64,000 nucleotides of DNA, taken from the NCBI GenBank assembly GCA_943354905.1, contig CALRDL010000002.1:6478-70477 (forward strand). Direction: 5' to 3'. This DNA is from Candidatus Nomurabacteria bacterium. Lineage in GTDB: Bacteria > Patescibacteriota > Minisyncoccia > Phycocordibacterales > UBA9973. Shown in pieces: positions 27,881 to 38,507 of the stretch. A program made the position numbers and the translations under genes. The notes below the pieces were generated by a model. That model was not told the DNA's origin, made no database searches, and was given only the letters and a program-made list of their open reading frames with translations. Position 1 is the first letter of the stretch, and every line of letters starts with the position of its first letter.

Positions 27881-28489
27881 TTAAATTCTAGAATACGAAA
27901 CTCCTTTTCCTGTTTTTCCGACTTGTTTAATTTTATTTTCCTTTCCCAAGATATTTAGATATCGGGTTGCTGTTGCGTCAGACACATGCAAATACTTTTC
28001 GACTTCGTCGTTAGTTATATTTTTCTTTTTCAAAAACAAAGTCATTATTTTTTCCAGTTTCTTTCTTTTGCCGATTTGGACTTTATCTAGGAACTTTTTC
28101 CATAAATCTTTTTGGGAGAGTTTTGTTTTTACTGGTTCAGGTCTGGATTCAGGAATTGGTTTTATTTCAGTTTGTTTAACTTCTTCTTTTACTGGTTCAG
28201 GTTTTACTTCGGGAACTTCTATCTCTACTCGCTCGCCTAACGGCTCGCTCGTAGAGTTCAACGGCTCAAATACCGGTGTTTGAGCCGTTGGGGTTTCAGT
28301 TACCTTAGGAGCTTCGTTCTCCATGGGGATTATCTCAGGGGGGATAGCTTGCTCTGGCTCGGCTTTCGCCTCGCCTAAAGCTTCGCTTGCGATAGAAGTA
28401 GGTTCAGGACTAGAAATCGGCTCCTGCGAAGCCTCGGGTTTAGGTTGAGTTATTGTCGTATCGCTTGAAGTTTCATCTACCATACTCAT
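27881..28489 (-). CDS. DNA-binding protein: Pro/Glu-rich low-complexity N-terminus plus C-terminal winged-HTH
   Basis: The C-terminus is ...NDEVEKYLHVSDATATRYLNILGKENKIKQVGKTGKGVSY. Confidence 0.35.
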   Translation of the reverse strand: MSMVDETSSDTTITQPKPEASQEPISSPEPTSIASEALGEAKAEPEQAIPPEIIPMENEAPKVTETPTAQTPVFEPLNSTSEPLGERVEIEVPEVKPEPVKEEVKQTEIKPIPESRPEPVKTKLSQKDLWKKFLDKVQIGKRKKLEKIMTLFLKKKNITNDEVEKYLHVSDATATRYLNILGKENKIKQVGKTGKGVSYSRI

Positions 28490-28542
28490 ATTATATCAGA
28501 ATTTTTATTGAAAAATAAACGAAAACATGGGATGATTAAGTT

Positions 28543-29202
28543 ATGAAAATTAAGGATTTTGACAAAGTAGATTTACCACGCGAAAAACTTGCGAAATACG
28601 GCTCAGGTAAATTAAAAGATCACGAACTTCTCGCAATTCTTCTCGGTTCTGGAATAAAAGGGCTGAATGTACTTGAACTTTCTAAAAAAATTCTCAAGGT
28701 TGTTGAGAAAATCGGAATAAAAAATATAACACTAAAAGATTTATTAGAAATAAAAGGACTTGGTAATGCTAAAGCTTCGCAAGTGTTCGCATTGTTTGAA
28801 TTGGGGAAGAGATTAAATTCCGATAATAAAACAGAAATTCTGTCAGCTAAAGATATTTGGAAATTATGCTCCGATGTCTGCGAATCAAAGAAAGAACATT
28901 TTCTCGCATTTTATTTAGATACACAAAATAGATTAATTGAAAAACAAGTTATTTCAATCGGCACGCTTAACTCAAGTCTTGTTCATCCAAGAGAAGTTTT
29001 TGAACCAGCTATCGCACTTCATTCAGCAAGCATAATAATTGCACATAATCATCCATCTCAAGATCTGACTCCATCTGCCGAAGATAAGAAAATTACAGAA
29101 AGACTTGTTGAAGCAGGGAAAATTTTAGGAATTGAAATTTACGACCATGTTATTTTGAGCAAATCGGGTTATCTAAGTTTTCAAAAAGAACATCTACTCT
29201 AA
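28543..29202 (+). CDS. radC: RadC-like JAB-domain protein
   Basis: Contains LLAILLGSG..G.NV...LGNAKA (HhH region) and the JAMM motif IIAHNHPSQDLTPSAEDKKIT. Confidence 0.8.
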   Translation: MKIKDFDKVDLPREKLAKYGSGKLKDHELLAILLGSGIKGLNVLELSKKILKVVEKIGIKNITLKDLLEIKGLGNAKASQVFALFELGKRLNSDNKTEILSAKDIWKLCSDVCESKKEHFLAFYLDTQNRLIEKQVISIGTLNSSLVHPREVFEPAIALHSASIIIAHNHPSQDLTPSAEDKKITERLVEAGKILGIEIYDHVILSKSGYLSFQKEHLL

Positions 29203-29261
29203 AACACCAAATACAGAACAAAAAGTTTTCCACAGGCTAGGGGGTTGCTTTTTTAGTTTAA

Positions 29262-29867
29262 ATGCAGTATACTATCTGTATGTATATGAAAATATCAAAT
29301 TTCGCAGAGGTAATAAATGGCTATACCTTTAGAGGAGCCATAGAAACTGCTGAAAATAGGGATATTCTTGTATTACAGGCAAAAGATATAACCCAAGGAG
29401 AAAATGTCACAGAAATTGAAAAACTAACCCCTATTTCCTTCAAGGGCACTCGCACAGCTTCATTTCTTCAAAAAGACGACGTCCTTGTAGTTTCTCGTGG
29501 TATGGGTGTTGGTTCGTTTCGTTCTGTCATTTTTAGTTTAGATACTTCTAATATTATCGCCTCATCATCACTTTTAATTTTAAGAATAAAAAATAAAGAA
29601 GTACTGCCAGAATACATATCGCTCTATTTTAATTCAATAGAAGGACAGAATAAAATTTTAGAAACAGTAGCGGGTTCATACATACGGGCAATATCACGGA
29701 AAAAGTTTGAAGAAGAAATAAAAATACCAATACCCCCGCTAGTAATACAACATTCTTTAATCAAACTAAACCAAAACATCAAACAGCAAGAAAAAATATA
29801 TGATAGGAAAAAAGAACTTAAAAAAGAAATTATTAACGCAACTATTACAAATTTAATTAAGAAATAA
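29262..29867 (+). CDS. hsdS: Type I R-M specificity subunit, half-size (single target-recognition domain)
   Basis: 201 aa with the N-terminal VINGYTFRG TRD start and a C-terminal conserved coiled region. It sits directly upstream of hsdM. Confidence 0.55.
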   Translation: MQYTICMYMKISNFAEVINGYTFRGAIETAENRDILVLQAKDITQGENVTEIEKLTPISFKGTRTASFLQKDDVLVVSRGMGVGSFRSVIFSLDTSNIIASSSLLILRIKNKEVLPEYISLYFNSIEGQNKILETVAGSYIRAISRKKFEEEIKIPIPPLVIQHSLIKLNQNIKQQEKIYDRKKELKKEIINATITNLIKK

Positions 29868-29868
29868 T

Positions 29869-31386
29869 ATGACTACACAAAAAGAAATAGAAAAACAAGA
29901 AGAATTAAACAAAGTCCTATGGGATTCAGCAAATTCTTCCCGTAGTCAGCTTAACGCTGCAGATTATATGGGCTATGTTTTACCCATGCTTTTTTTAAAG
30001 TATCTAAGTGATAAATCAAAACAAGCACACGAAGAATACAAAAAACGTTTTGGATCTGATGAAAAGCGTGTTGAAGAAAAAATGAAGCTTGACCGATTCT
30101 TTCTTCCTAAAAAAGCTTCATTTGATTATATCTATTCTATTATAGAGCAAGATAATTTGGGAGAAGAAATAAATAAAGCTCTTGAGCGAATAGAAGATGC
30201 AAACAAAGAAAAGCTTGAGGGTGTATTTAGTGTAGATTTCAATTCTGAGTCATCGCTTGGAAAATTAAATGAAAGAAATAAAATGTTGCGGAACCTTGTT
30301 AATGATTTTGCAAAAATTGACCTCTCAGAAGTGAAAGACGACATTATTGGTAATTCATATATGTATCTTATTGAACGCTTTGGGGCTGACGCAGGAAAAA
30401 AAGCGGGAGAATTTTTCACCGTGAGAAATGTCGCACACTTAGTGGCAAAACTTGCTGAGCCAAAATCGGGAGCTCGTATATGCGACCCTTGTTGCGGATC
30501 CGGCGGGCTACTTTTACTCGCAGGAGAAGAGGTAGAAAAACAAGGTTCAACAAATTATGCTCTCTATGGGCAAGAATCAACAGGTTCCACATATCAGCTT
30601 GCTCGAATGAATATGTTTCTTCATGGAAAAGATTCTGCTCGTCTTGAATGGGGTGATACTTTAAATAATCCTCTGCTTGTAGAAAATGACCACCTTATGA
30701 AGTTTGATAATATCGTAGCGAACCCACCTTTTTCTCTTAAGAAATGGGGTGCTGAACACGCTGATGCAGATAAATATAAAAGATTTTGGAGAGGTGTTCC
30801 ACCAAAAGATAAAGGAGACTTTGCATTTATTACCCACATGATAGAAACAGCCAAGCCAAAGACGGGACGCATTGCTGTTATTGTTCCTCATGGTGTACTT
30901 TTCCGCTCTGGCGCGGAAGGTAAAATCCGTGAGCAATTAATCAAAGAAAATATTATTGATGCTGTTATTGGACTTCCTGCGGGATTATTTCAAACTACTG
31001 GTATCCCTGTCGCTATTCTTGTAATAGATAGGTCAAGAGAAAAAGGTGGAGCAAATGAAAACAAAAAAGATATTTTCTTTATAGAGGCCTCAAAAGAATT
31101 CAAGGCAAACAAAGCTCAAAATATTCTAGCCGAAGAAAATATTGAAAAGATTTATTCCACATACAAGAAAAGAAAAGATGTAGAGAAATTTGCTCGGAGT
31201 GTAAAGTTTTCAGAGCTTGAAGAAAATGATTTTAATTTGAACATCACTCGCTATGTAGATACTTTTATAGAAGAAGAACCAGTGAACATAAAAGCAAACT
31301 TAAAAGAGCTTGCGGAATTAGAACCACAGCTTCAAAAATTGGAAAAACAAATGGTCGCGTATTTAAAGGAATTAGGGGTTAAATAA
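29869..31386 (+). CDS. hsdM: Type I R-M N6-adenine DNA methyltransferase subunit M
   Basis: HsdM N-domain, AdoMet motif CDPCCGSGG, and catalytic motif IVANPPFS. Confidence 0.85.
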   Translation: MTTQKEIEKQEELNKVLWDSANSSRSQLNAADYMGYVLPMLFLKYLSDKSKQAHEEYKKRFGSDEKRVEEKMKLDRFFLPKKASFDYIYSIIEQDNLGEEINKALERIEDANKEKLEGVFSVDFNSESSLGKLNERNKMLRNLVNDFAKIDLSEVKDDIIGNSYMYLIERFGADAGKKAGEFFTVRNVAHLVAKLAEPKSGARICDPCCGSGGLLLLAGEEVEKQGSTNYALYGQESTGSTYQLARMNMFLHGKDSARLEWGDTLNNPLLVENDHLMKFDNIVANPPFSLKKWGAEHADADKYKRFWRGVPPKDKGDFAFITHMIETAKPKTGRIAVIVPHGVLFRSGAEGKIREQLIKENIIDAVIGLPAGLFQTTGIPVAILVIDRSREKGGANENKKDIFFIEASKEFKANKAQNILAEENIEKIYSTYKKRKDVEKFARSVKFSELEENDFNLNITRYVDTFIEEEPVNIKANLKELAELEPQLQKLEKQMVAYLKELGVK

Positions 31387-31439
31387 AATTATTAATCAAT
31401 TTGTCGATGTCGGCAAATGATAATTAAAAAATTAATTAT

Positions 31440-32261
31440 ATGAAAACATCAATTTTTGAAGAATTAAAAAAGATAAATGAATATGGACAAGAATATTGGA
31501 GTGCTCGAAAGCTTGGGGAAGTTTTGGGATATTCAGAATATCGTTTTTTTATTCCAGTTATAGAGAAAGCAAAAAAAGCGTGTGAAAATAGCGGTTTTTT
31601 GCCACCCGACCATTTCGAGGATGTCCACGGTATGGTTCCCATAGGTTCTGGTGCGGAACGTCAAATTTCTGATACAAACATGTCTAGATATGCTTGTTAC
31701 CTAGTTGTTCAGAGTGCTGATTCTTCAAAAGTGATTGTAGGAAAAGCAAAATCATATTTTGCAATTCAAACCCGTAGACAAGAAACTCAAGACCAACTTT
31801 TAGATGATAGCAAGCGAGTTATGCTTCGTGGTGAAATGACAGAACATAATAAAAAACTTGCGAGTGCTGCAAAATCTGCGGGTGTTTTCAATTATGCTAA
31901 TTTTCAAGATGCTGGATATATAGGACTTTATGGCGGACTTCGTCAAAAAGATATTCATGCTCGAAAAAAATTAAATGAAAAACAAAGTATTCTTGATCAT
32001 ATGGGGAGTGAAGAATTAGCTGCGAATTTATTCCGAGCAACTCAAACAGAAGCAAAACTTCGTCGTGAAAATATTCGTGGTCAAGGATTAGCAAGTACTG
32101 CCCATCAAGAGGTCGGTGCAAAAGTTCGGAAAACTATTATTGAATTGGGTGGCACAATGCCTGAAAACCTGCCAACAGAGGAAAGTATTAGAGAGCCGAA
32201 AAAGAGACTGAAGGCAGTAAATAGAAAATTATTAAAAGGTAGTAAAAAGAAAGATAAATAA
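31440..32261 (+). CDS. DinD-like (DNA-damage-inducible protein D family) protein
   Basis: Contains YGQEYWSARKLGEVLGY...HFEDV..MV.IGSGAERQI.D...SRYACYL...YFAIQTRRQE, matching remembered E. coli DinD. Confidence 0.5.
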   Translation: MKTSIFEELKKINEYGQEYWSARKLGEVLGYSEYRFFIPVIEKAKKACENSGFLPPDHFEDVHGMVPIGSGAERQISDTNMSRYACYLVVQSADSSKVIVGKAKSYFAIQTRRQETQDQLLDDSKRVMLRGEMTEHNKKLASAAKSAGVFNYANFQDAGYIGLYGGLRQKDIHARKKLNEKQSILDHMGSEELAANLFRATQTEAKLRRENIRGQGLASTAHQEVGAKVRKTIIELGGTMPENLPTEESIREPKKRLKAVNRKLLKGSKKKDK

Positions 32262-32342
32262 ATTATCCACAACCATATCGTCCCATACGGACAAAATGGT
32301 CAAAACAGTCGAATTTAAAAGAATTAAGGGTTAAATAAATAT

Positions 32343-32972
32343 ATGAAACAAGAATATACACCACCAGCATATAAAGAAACAGCATTTAATTGTCCATTTT
32401 GTAATGCTTACGCTAATCAATTTTGGGATAGTCTCGCTAAGGTTGAACGTGCAAAATGGCATTATAGTGATGTTGATGGATGTGTGTGTACTCGTTGTGG
32501 TCATGAATCAATTTGGTTTAAAAATATAATGGTCTATCCTTCTTTTGAAGGAGTTCAGCCCCCAAATCAGGATTTAAGCGAAGATATTCAATTTGATTAT
32601 CAGGAAGCGGCATCGATACTTCAAAAATCGCCTCGTGGAGCGGCGGCTCTCCTTCGTCTTGCTATTCAAAAGTTATGTAAAGAGTTCGGAGAAGAAGGAA
32701 AAAACATTAACACTGACATAAAAAATCTTGTTGCAAAAGGTTTACCATCAGCCGTTCAAAAATCCCTTGATATTGTCCGAGTTATTGGAAACGACGCTGT
32801 TCACCCTGGGCAAATAGATATTAGTGATGATATCGAAACAGCAAAAGCATTATTTAAACTTGTTAATTTAATTGCTGAAAAAATAATAACAGAGAAAAAA
32901 GAGGTCGAAGAAATTTATAATAGTTTGCCTGAATCAAAGCGACAAGAAATTGAAAAGCGTGATTCTAAATAA
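32343..32972 (+). CDS. DUF4145-domain protein (frequent companion of type I R-M loci) with an N-terminal CxxC zinc-ribbon
   Basis: Contains AAALLRLAIQKL...LD.VRVIGNDAVH and an N-terminal CPFC...CTRC. Confidence 0.5.
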   Translation: MKQEYTPPAYKETAFNCPFCNAYANQFWDSLAKVERAKWHYSDVDGCVCTRCGHESIWFKNIMVYPSFEGVQPPNQDLSEDIQFDYQEAASILQKSPRGAAALLRLAIQKLCKEFGEEGKNINTDIKNLVAKGLPSAVQKSLDIVRVIGNDAVHPGQIDISDDIETAKALFKLVNLIAEKIITEKKEVEEIYNSLPESKRQEIEKRDSK

Positions 32973-33789
32973 AAATATGAACACTTTAAAAGAAAGATGG
33001 AGAATGTTTGGTAGTGTGGCTCTTGGTCCTGGGGCAATAATCTTTTCTTTGCTCACTGTAGGAAGTTTAATTGTTGCGTATATTTTTAACACCAACCTAC
33101 TGTTCTCTACACTCCTGACTATTCTTGCCAGTTTTTTTGCAAGTTTTGCCGGTAGTTTTATAAAAGACGACTATGACAAGATAGCAGGCCAAAATGTCTT
33201 GGAGAAAAAAGGTAGATCTGCTCTTCGTACCTTAGAATCATTAAATCGCCAAGTAAAAAGGATTTGTTCTTATGTTAGAGAAGAAATAGATAATAATAAA
33301 AAACCAAATCAGCATTTTTTGGTAGAAATAAATAGGCATATGTTTTCCATGGAAGACAGTATCGCTTCTAGTGTTGAAGATTGGGTGGATGTTATTCCCG
33401 AACTTGCTCAAACTATGGAAGAAATAAGAAAAATTAATAAGTTGTCTTTTGAAATTGAAGACTTAAAACAGAAAGAGCAAGAACACCAGAAAAATGAAGA
33501 AGATGGTGCTAAAAAAGAGGGTGAGTTAAGAAAAATAATTGAAGAGAAAGAATCGAGCTTAAGAGAATTACGACAAAAAAGAAGCATGTCAAATAATACT
33601 GTACTATTTAATCCTTCTATTATTTCTAACGGTGGGTCACCGTTTGCTTATCCAAACCAAGTTTTTCTTTCGTCTCCTTGTGCTAATTGCGGAAATCCAA
33701 TTGATCTCAGTTCTCCAATTTTGAGACTAAATTCAAGTCTTTGCCATAACTGTCAGGGCGCTGGAGGGCTTTATGCTAGAGCTTCATAA
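32950..33789 (+). CDS. Membrane-anchored coiled-coil protein (hypothetical) inside the hsd locus
   Basis: Two N-terminal TM helices, a charged coiled-coil middle region, and a C-terminal CANCG...CHNC. Confidence 0.3.
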   Translation: MKSVILNKNMNTLKERWRMFGSVALGPGAIIFSLLTVGSLIVAYIFNTNLLFSTLLTILASFFASFAGSFIKDDYDKIAGQNVLEKKGRSALRTLESLNRQVKRICSYVREEIDNNKKPNQHFLVEINRHMFSMEDSIASSVEDWVDVIPELAQTMEEIRKINKLSFEIEDLKQKEQEHQKNEEDGAKKEGELRKIIEEKESSLRELRQKRSMSNNTVLFNPSIISNGGSPFAYPNQVFLSSPCANCGNPIDLSSPILRLNSSLCHNCQGAGGLYARAS

Positions 33790-35050
33790 AAGTAAAATGA
33801 AACCTAACCAATCACAAAAAAATATTTCAAAAGAATGGCAAACAAGAAAACTAGACAGTATGTTTACCGTGCGTCGAGGTGGGTCACCAAGACCAATTGA
33901 AAGTTATATTACAAATAGAGCTGATGGGTTAAACTGGCTTAAAATTGGCGATATTGACGTTGGTGCAAAATATATTACGAAAACTAGTAGTAAAATCTTA
34001 AAAGAAGGATTATCTAGAACAACACTGGTCAAAAAAGGAGATTTTATACTTTCTAATTCCATGAGTTTTGGAAGACCATATATTATGGGTATAGATTCGT
34101 GTATTCACGACGGCTGGCTAACTTTTCAAGATATTAAAACTAATATTTTAGATCGTGATTTTTTATATTATCTACTTTCACAATCAAAAACCCAAGCAAT
34201 ATTTACATCAATTTCTGCTGGTTCTGGTGTTCAAAATTTAAAAAAAGAAACTGTTTCTGGTGTTGTATTATCAATTCCTCCTCTCCCTGAGCAAAACCGC
34301 ATCGTTGCAGTGCTTGAAACTTGGGACAAGGCGATTGAAAATTTAAATAAGAAAATTGAAATTAAAAAACAAATTAAAAAAGGTTTGATGCAGGATTTGT
34401 TGACTGGCAAAAAAAGATTAAGTGGATTTAAAGAAAAATGGGAAACAAAAACATTGGGAGATGTTTCTGATTTCATTAATGGCTATACCTTTAAAAGTGG
34501 AAATTATGTTGATGGAGGAAAGTATAAAATTATAACGATTGCTAATGTTCAAGATGGATTTATGTTTATTGACGAACCTAAAACCATTAATGAATTACCG
34601 GAAAATATAGGTAAGGAACAAATTTTAAAAAAGGGAGATATTTTAATATCTATGACGGGGAATGTTGGAAGAGTTTGTGTGGTCAATAGTGATAACTGTC
34701 TACTAAATCAAAGAGTTGGCAAAATTATGACTAAAGATATTAATAAGGAATTACTGTATTTATTTTTATACGATAGAAGGTTTCTATATCAAATGATTGG
34801 AAGTGCACAGGGTGGAGCACAAGCAAATTTATCAACCGAAGATATAAAAGAATATATTTTTGATCTTCCTAAAACAAAAGAAGAACAAAATGCTGTTGCT
34901 GAAATTTTAACTACTGCTGATAAGGAAATTACAGAGCTAGAAAAGAAATTATCAATTATAAAAGATCAGAAGAAGTTTTTATTAAACAATTTAATCACTG
35001 GGGCGATTCGAACTCCGGTGAATATGCAGTTGTACGGAAAAATCGTATAA
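33773..35050 (+). CDS. hsdS: Type I R-M specificity subunit, full length (two TRDs)
   Basis: 425 aa with two TRDs separated by the central conserved helix (PPLPEQNRI...) and the C-terminal repeat (LPKTKEEQNAVAEIL). Confidence 0.8.
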   Translation: MLELHKSKMKPNQSQKNISKEWQTRKLDSMFTVRRGGSPRPIESYITNRADGLNWLKIGDIDVGAKYITKTSSKILKEGLSRTTLVKKGDFILSNSMSFGRPYIMGIDSCIHDGWLTFQDIKTNILDRDFLYYLLSQSKTQAIFTSISAGSGVQNLKKETVSGVVLSIPPLPEQNRIVAVLETWDKAIENLNKKIEIKKQIKKGLMQDLLTGKKRLSGFKEKWETKTLGDVSDFINGYTFKSGNYVDGGKYKIITIANVQDGFMFIDEPKTINELPENIGKEQILKKGDILISMTGNVGRVCVVNSDNCLLNQRVGKIMTKDINKELLYLFLYDRRFLYQMIGSAQGGAQANLSTEDIKEYIFDLPKTKEEQNAVAEILTTADKEITELEKKLSIIKDQKKFLLNNLITGAIRTPVNMQLYGKIV

Positions 35051-35288
35051 CTGAAACATTATCAATTAAAGTTTAATTATGGCGAATATGCCACAAATAG
35101 AAATATGAAAAAGAAACAAACACAAGAAAAGAAAACGACTCCAAAAGAAGAAGAGTGGATGAAGCTATTTAGTGAGGTTACTGGAGCAGTGTTTGTTGAT
35201 GTAACACCAGAGAAATTATCACAAAGAAATTTTAAAGGAGTAAGGGTGTTAAATGGTCGTGTTGTAAATAAAAAGAAATTAAAATAAT

Positions 35289-38200
35289 ATGTTAGAAAAA
35301 GTAAATTTTGATGAGGCAAAGCAGTCGCAACTTCCATTCATAGAGTTGTTATTTAATATGGGCTATAAGTATATTTCGACAGATGAAGCCCTACGACAAC
35401 GTGGTGGTGATACAACAAACTTTATACTTTCTGATATTGCTGTGAAAAAATTGATGGAAATAAACGGCTATGAGGTTGATGAGGTTAAATATAAATTCAG
35501 TGAGAAAGATGTACGAGATGTGATAGACGAAATAGAGCATATTCAATATGAAGGGCTTATTGATACGGCGCAAAATATTTACAATATGATTATGCCGACT
35601 TCTGGAGGCAAGACTATCAAAGTAAGCCATGATGGCAAGCCGATTTCTAAAAACTTTAGATTTATAGATTTCAAAAATATTGAAAATAATAATTTTCATG
35701 TTACGGCTGAATTTACAGCTAGTGGAAAGCAAAATATCCGTCCTGATATTGTTTGTTTTATAAATGGTATTCCTTTTGCAATTATTGAGAATAAGAAAAA
35801 AAGTGTTTCTATCAAAGAAGCTATTGGGGATTTGATAAAAAAGCAAAGTCCTGAATATTGCCCTAAATTATATACTTATGCTCAACTTCTAGTGGCGACA
35901 AATGCTAGTGAATTACAATATGGAACGACTGGGACGTTAAATAAATTTTTTGCTGTTTGGAAAGAGAAAGGAAAAGATATAAAAGAAATAGACGCTCATA
36001 TCAAAGAAATAATGTCTAAACCTATTGATAAAGAAGTCTATTCTCAGATACTCACAGATCTTAATGGGTGGACAAAAGGACATACACAAAAGATAGATAG
36101 GGTTATTACGGGTCAAGACAGAGGTATTGTTTCATTATTTGAGCCGGAAAGACTTTTAGATTTAACTAAAAATCATATTCTTTTTGACGCAGGAGTAAAG
36201 AAAATTTCCCGCTATCAACAATATTTTGCTATTCGTAAGATGTTGAAGAGAATTGAGGAAGAGGAAATTGTAAATGAAGATACTACTCGCCGAAAGGGCG
36301 GGCTTGTTTGGCATACTCAAGGTTCTGGTAAATCTCTCACTATGGTTATGTTTGTGAAAGCTCTTATTGAAGACCCTAAGATTATTAATCCGAGAGTTAT
36401 TATTGTCACAGACAGACGCGACCTTGATAGACAAATTAGAGATACTTTCAAAAATTGTAATTTAAAAAAGGAAGTAGTGCAGGCTACAAGCGGGCAACAT
36501 TTACTCAATTTAATTAAAGAAAAGAATTTAGGCGTTATTACTACAATTATTGATAAATTTGAATCAGCAAGTAAAAAATATGCTAATTTTGTAGATAAAG
36601 ATAATAATATTTTTGTTTTAATTGACGAAGCTCACAGAAGTCAAAGTGGTATGGCAAATTTTGAAATGAATAGGATTATTCCCAATGCTTGTTATATAGG
36701 ATTTACGGGAACACCTTTAATGAGAAGTGAGGGAGAAAGCTGGAGAAAATTTGGCGGATATATTGATAAATATACGATAGATGATGCTCTTGCTGATAAA
36801 ATCATTCTACCTCTTATTTACGAGGGACGATATATAAATTTAGAACAAAATAAAACACAAATAGATAAACATATTGATCGTGTGTCAGAAGATATGAGCA
36901 GGAAATACAATGAAAATACAGTAAGTAATGAGCATAAAATAAAACTCCAAAAGCAAATTACAGCTGATATTCTAAAAAATAATCCACAAAGAATAGAAGA
37001 AATTGCTAGAGACATAGAAAAACACTTCACAGAACATTTCAAAGACACAGGACTCAAAGCTCAAATTGTTGCCCCATCAAAATATTCAGCTATCTTATTC
37101 CAAAACTTTTTTGAAAAGCGCGGAAATATAAATACTGCTGTGGTTATTTCTGACGAGCATGATGACGGCGATGAAGATAATACTCACAAAATAGAAGTAG
37201 TGAAGTATTTAGACAAAATTCGCAAAAATCACAGCAGTATTACGAAATACGAAAAAGATGTTATTGAAAGCTTCAAACATGGCGAAGGTGGAGTTGAAAT
37301 AATCATTGTGGTAGATAAACTCTTGACGGGCTTTGATGCTCCGAGAAATACTGTCTTATATCTTTCTAAAGATCTACATGACCACGGACTACTTCAAGCA
37401 ATTGCTCGTGTAAATAGACTTTTTGAAAATAATAAACTACCAAAGACGGCTGGATATATTATTGATTATTCAGAAAATGCTAAAAACATAGATACAGCTA
37501 TGAAGCTTTTCGGTAACTATGACGAAAATGATGTTAAAGGAACACTGATTGATGTATCAGAGAAAATAAATGAATTAGAACAGAGTTATGGTTTAATTCA
37601 TGACTTATTTAATGAAATAAAAAATTCGTCTGACGACGAAGTTTATTTGCAATTTCTTAAGGATGAAGCAAAAAGAGAAATGTTTTATAAAAGCTTAAAT
37701 GATTTTATAAGAAACTTAAATGAATGTTTTATTTTACAGGATTTTGTTCATGAATTCAAAGATAAGATAGGAATGTATAAAAAAGATTTAAAGAAATTTA
37801 TGGAAATCCGAAAATCAGCCAGTCTTCTTTATAGAGAAAGGGTGGATTTGTCAGAATATAAACAGTCATTGATTAAAATTCTTGATAAATATGTTGACGC
37901 CAAAGGAGTTGAATTGCTCACAAAACAAGTAAATATTACAGACAGGGAGCAATTTAAAGAAGCTGTTGAAAATCTTGGTTCTAATAAATCAAAAGCGGAA
38001 GCGATAGCCTCTCAAACACAAAGAACTATTAGCGAACAAATGTATAAAGATCCAGAATTTTTTGAAAGATTTTCAAAGAAGATAGAGGAAATCATAGAAA
38101 AAATGAGGTTGGGAAAATTAGCGGATATTGAAGCCCTAAAGCAAATGAGACTCATTAGTGACGATGTGCTCAATAAAAAAGGAGATGACTTGCCAAAGGA

Positions 38201-38507
38201 GATAAAAGGGCTAAATGGCTCAGATGTCTTTTATCGTAATTTAAAGGTCCAATTTGAGGGTTTAGGGGTCAATAATGGGGTATATGTCTCAATTGTCCTA
38301 GATATTTTCTCTATACTTAAACAGGGAGCAATAATTGACTGGCAGAAAAATATGGATGTTAAAAGAAAAATTAGAAACACAATTGATGACTATTTATATG
38401 ATGTAGTAAAAGGAGAAAAAGGAATAGATATTGATAGTGATTTTATTAAATCAATTATTGATACCATTATGCTTTTAGCTGAAAATAACTTTGAACTATT
38501 TTTATAA
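35289..38507 (+). CDS. hsdR: Type I R-M restriction subunit R (helicase/endonuclease)
   Basis: 1072 aa with PD-(D/E)xK N-domain residues, GSGKSLTMV and DEAHRSQ helicase motifs, and a C-terminal helical domain. Confidence 0.85.
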   Translation: MLEKVNFDEAKQSQLPFIELLFNMGYKYISTDEALRQRGGDTTNFILSDIAVKKLMEINGYEVDEVKYKFSEKDVRDVIDEIEHIQYEGLIDTAQNIYNMIMPTSGGKTIKVSHDGKPISKNFRFIDFKNIENNNFHVTAEFTASGKQNIRPDIVCFINGIPFAIIENKKKSVSIKEAIGDLIKKQSPEYCPKLYTYAQLLVATNASELQYGTTGTLNKFFAVWKEKGKDIKEIDAHIKEIMSKPIDKEVYSQILTDLNGWTKGHTQKIDRVITGQDRGIVSLFEPERLLDLTKNHILFDAGVKKISRYQQYFAIRKMLKRIEEEEIVNEDTTRRKGGLVWHTQGSGKSLTMVMFVKALIEDPKIINPRVIIVTDRRDLDRQIRDTFKNCNLKKEVVQATSGQHLLNLIKEKNLGVITTIIDKFESASKKYANFVDKDNNIFVLIDEAHRSQSGMANFEMNRIIPNACYIGFTGTPLMRSEGESWRKFGGYIDKYTIDDALADKIILPLIYEGRYINLEQNKTQIDKHIDRVSEDMSRKYNENTVSNEHKIKLQKQITADILKNNPQRIEEIARDIEKHFTEHFKDTGLKAQIVAPSKYSAILFQNFFEKRGNINTAVVISDEHDDGDEDNTHKIEVVKYLDKIRKNHSSITKYEKDVIESFKHGEGGVEIIIVVDKLLTGFDAPRNTVLYLSKDLHDHGLLQAIARVNRLFENNKLPKTAGYIIDYSENAKNIDTAMKLFGNYDENDVKGTLIDVSEKINELEQSYGLIHDLFNEIKNSSDDEVYLQFLKDEAKREMFYKSLNDFIRNLNECFILQDFVHEFKDKIGMYKKDLKKFMEIRKSASLLYRERVDLSEYKQSLIKILDKYVDAKGVELLTKQVNITDREQFKEAVENLGSNKSKAEAIASQTQRTISEQMYKDPEFFERFSKKIEEIIEKMRLGKLADIEALKQMRLISDDVLNKKGDDLPKEIKGLNGSDVFYRNLKVQFEGLGVNNGVYVSIVLDIFSILKQGAIIDWQKNMDVKRKIRNTIDDYLYDVVKGEKGIDIDSDFIKSIIDTIMLLAENNFELFL

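Noticed and set aside
29318-34495. 17-bp identity between the two hsdS genes as proof of a shufflon
   Set aside because: The match (AATGGCTATACCTTTA) lies in a conserved protein motif (NGYTF) and is in direct, not inverted, orientation. It is kept only as a weak pointer inside the R-M finding.
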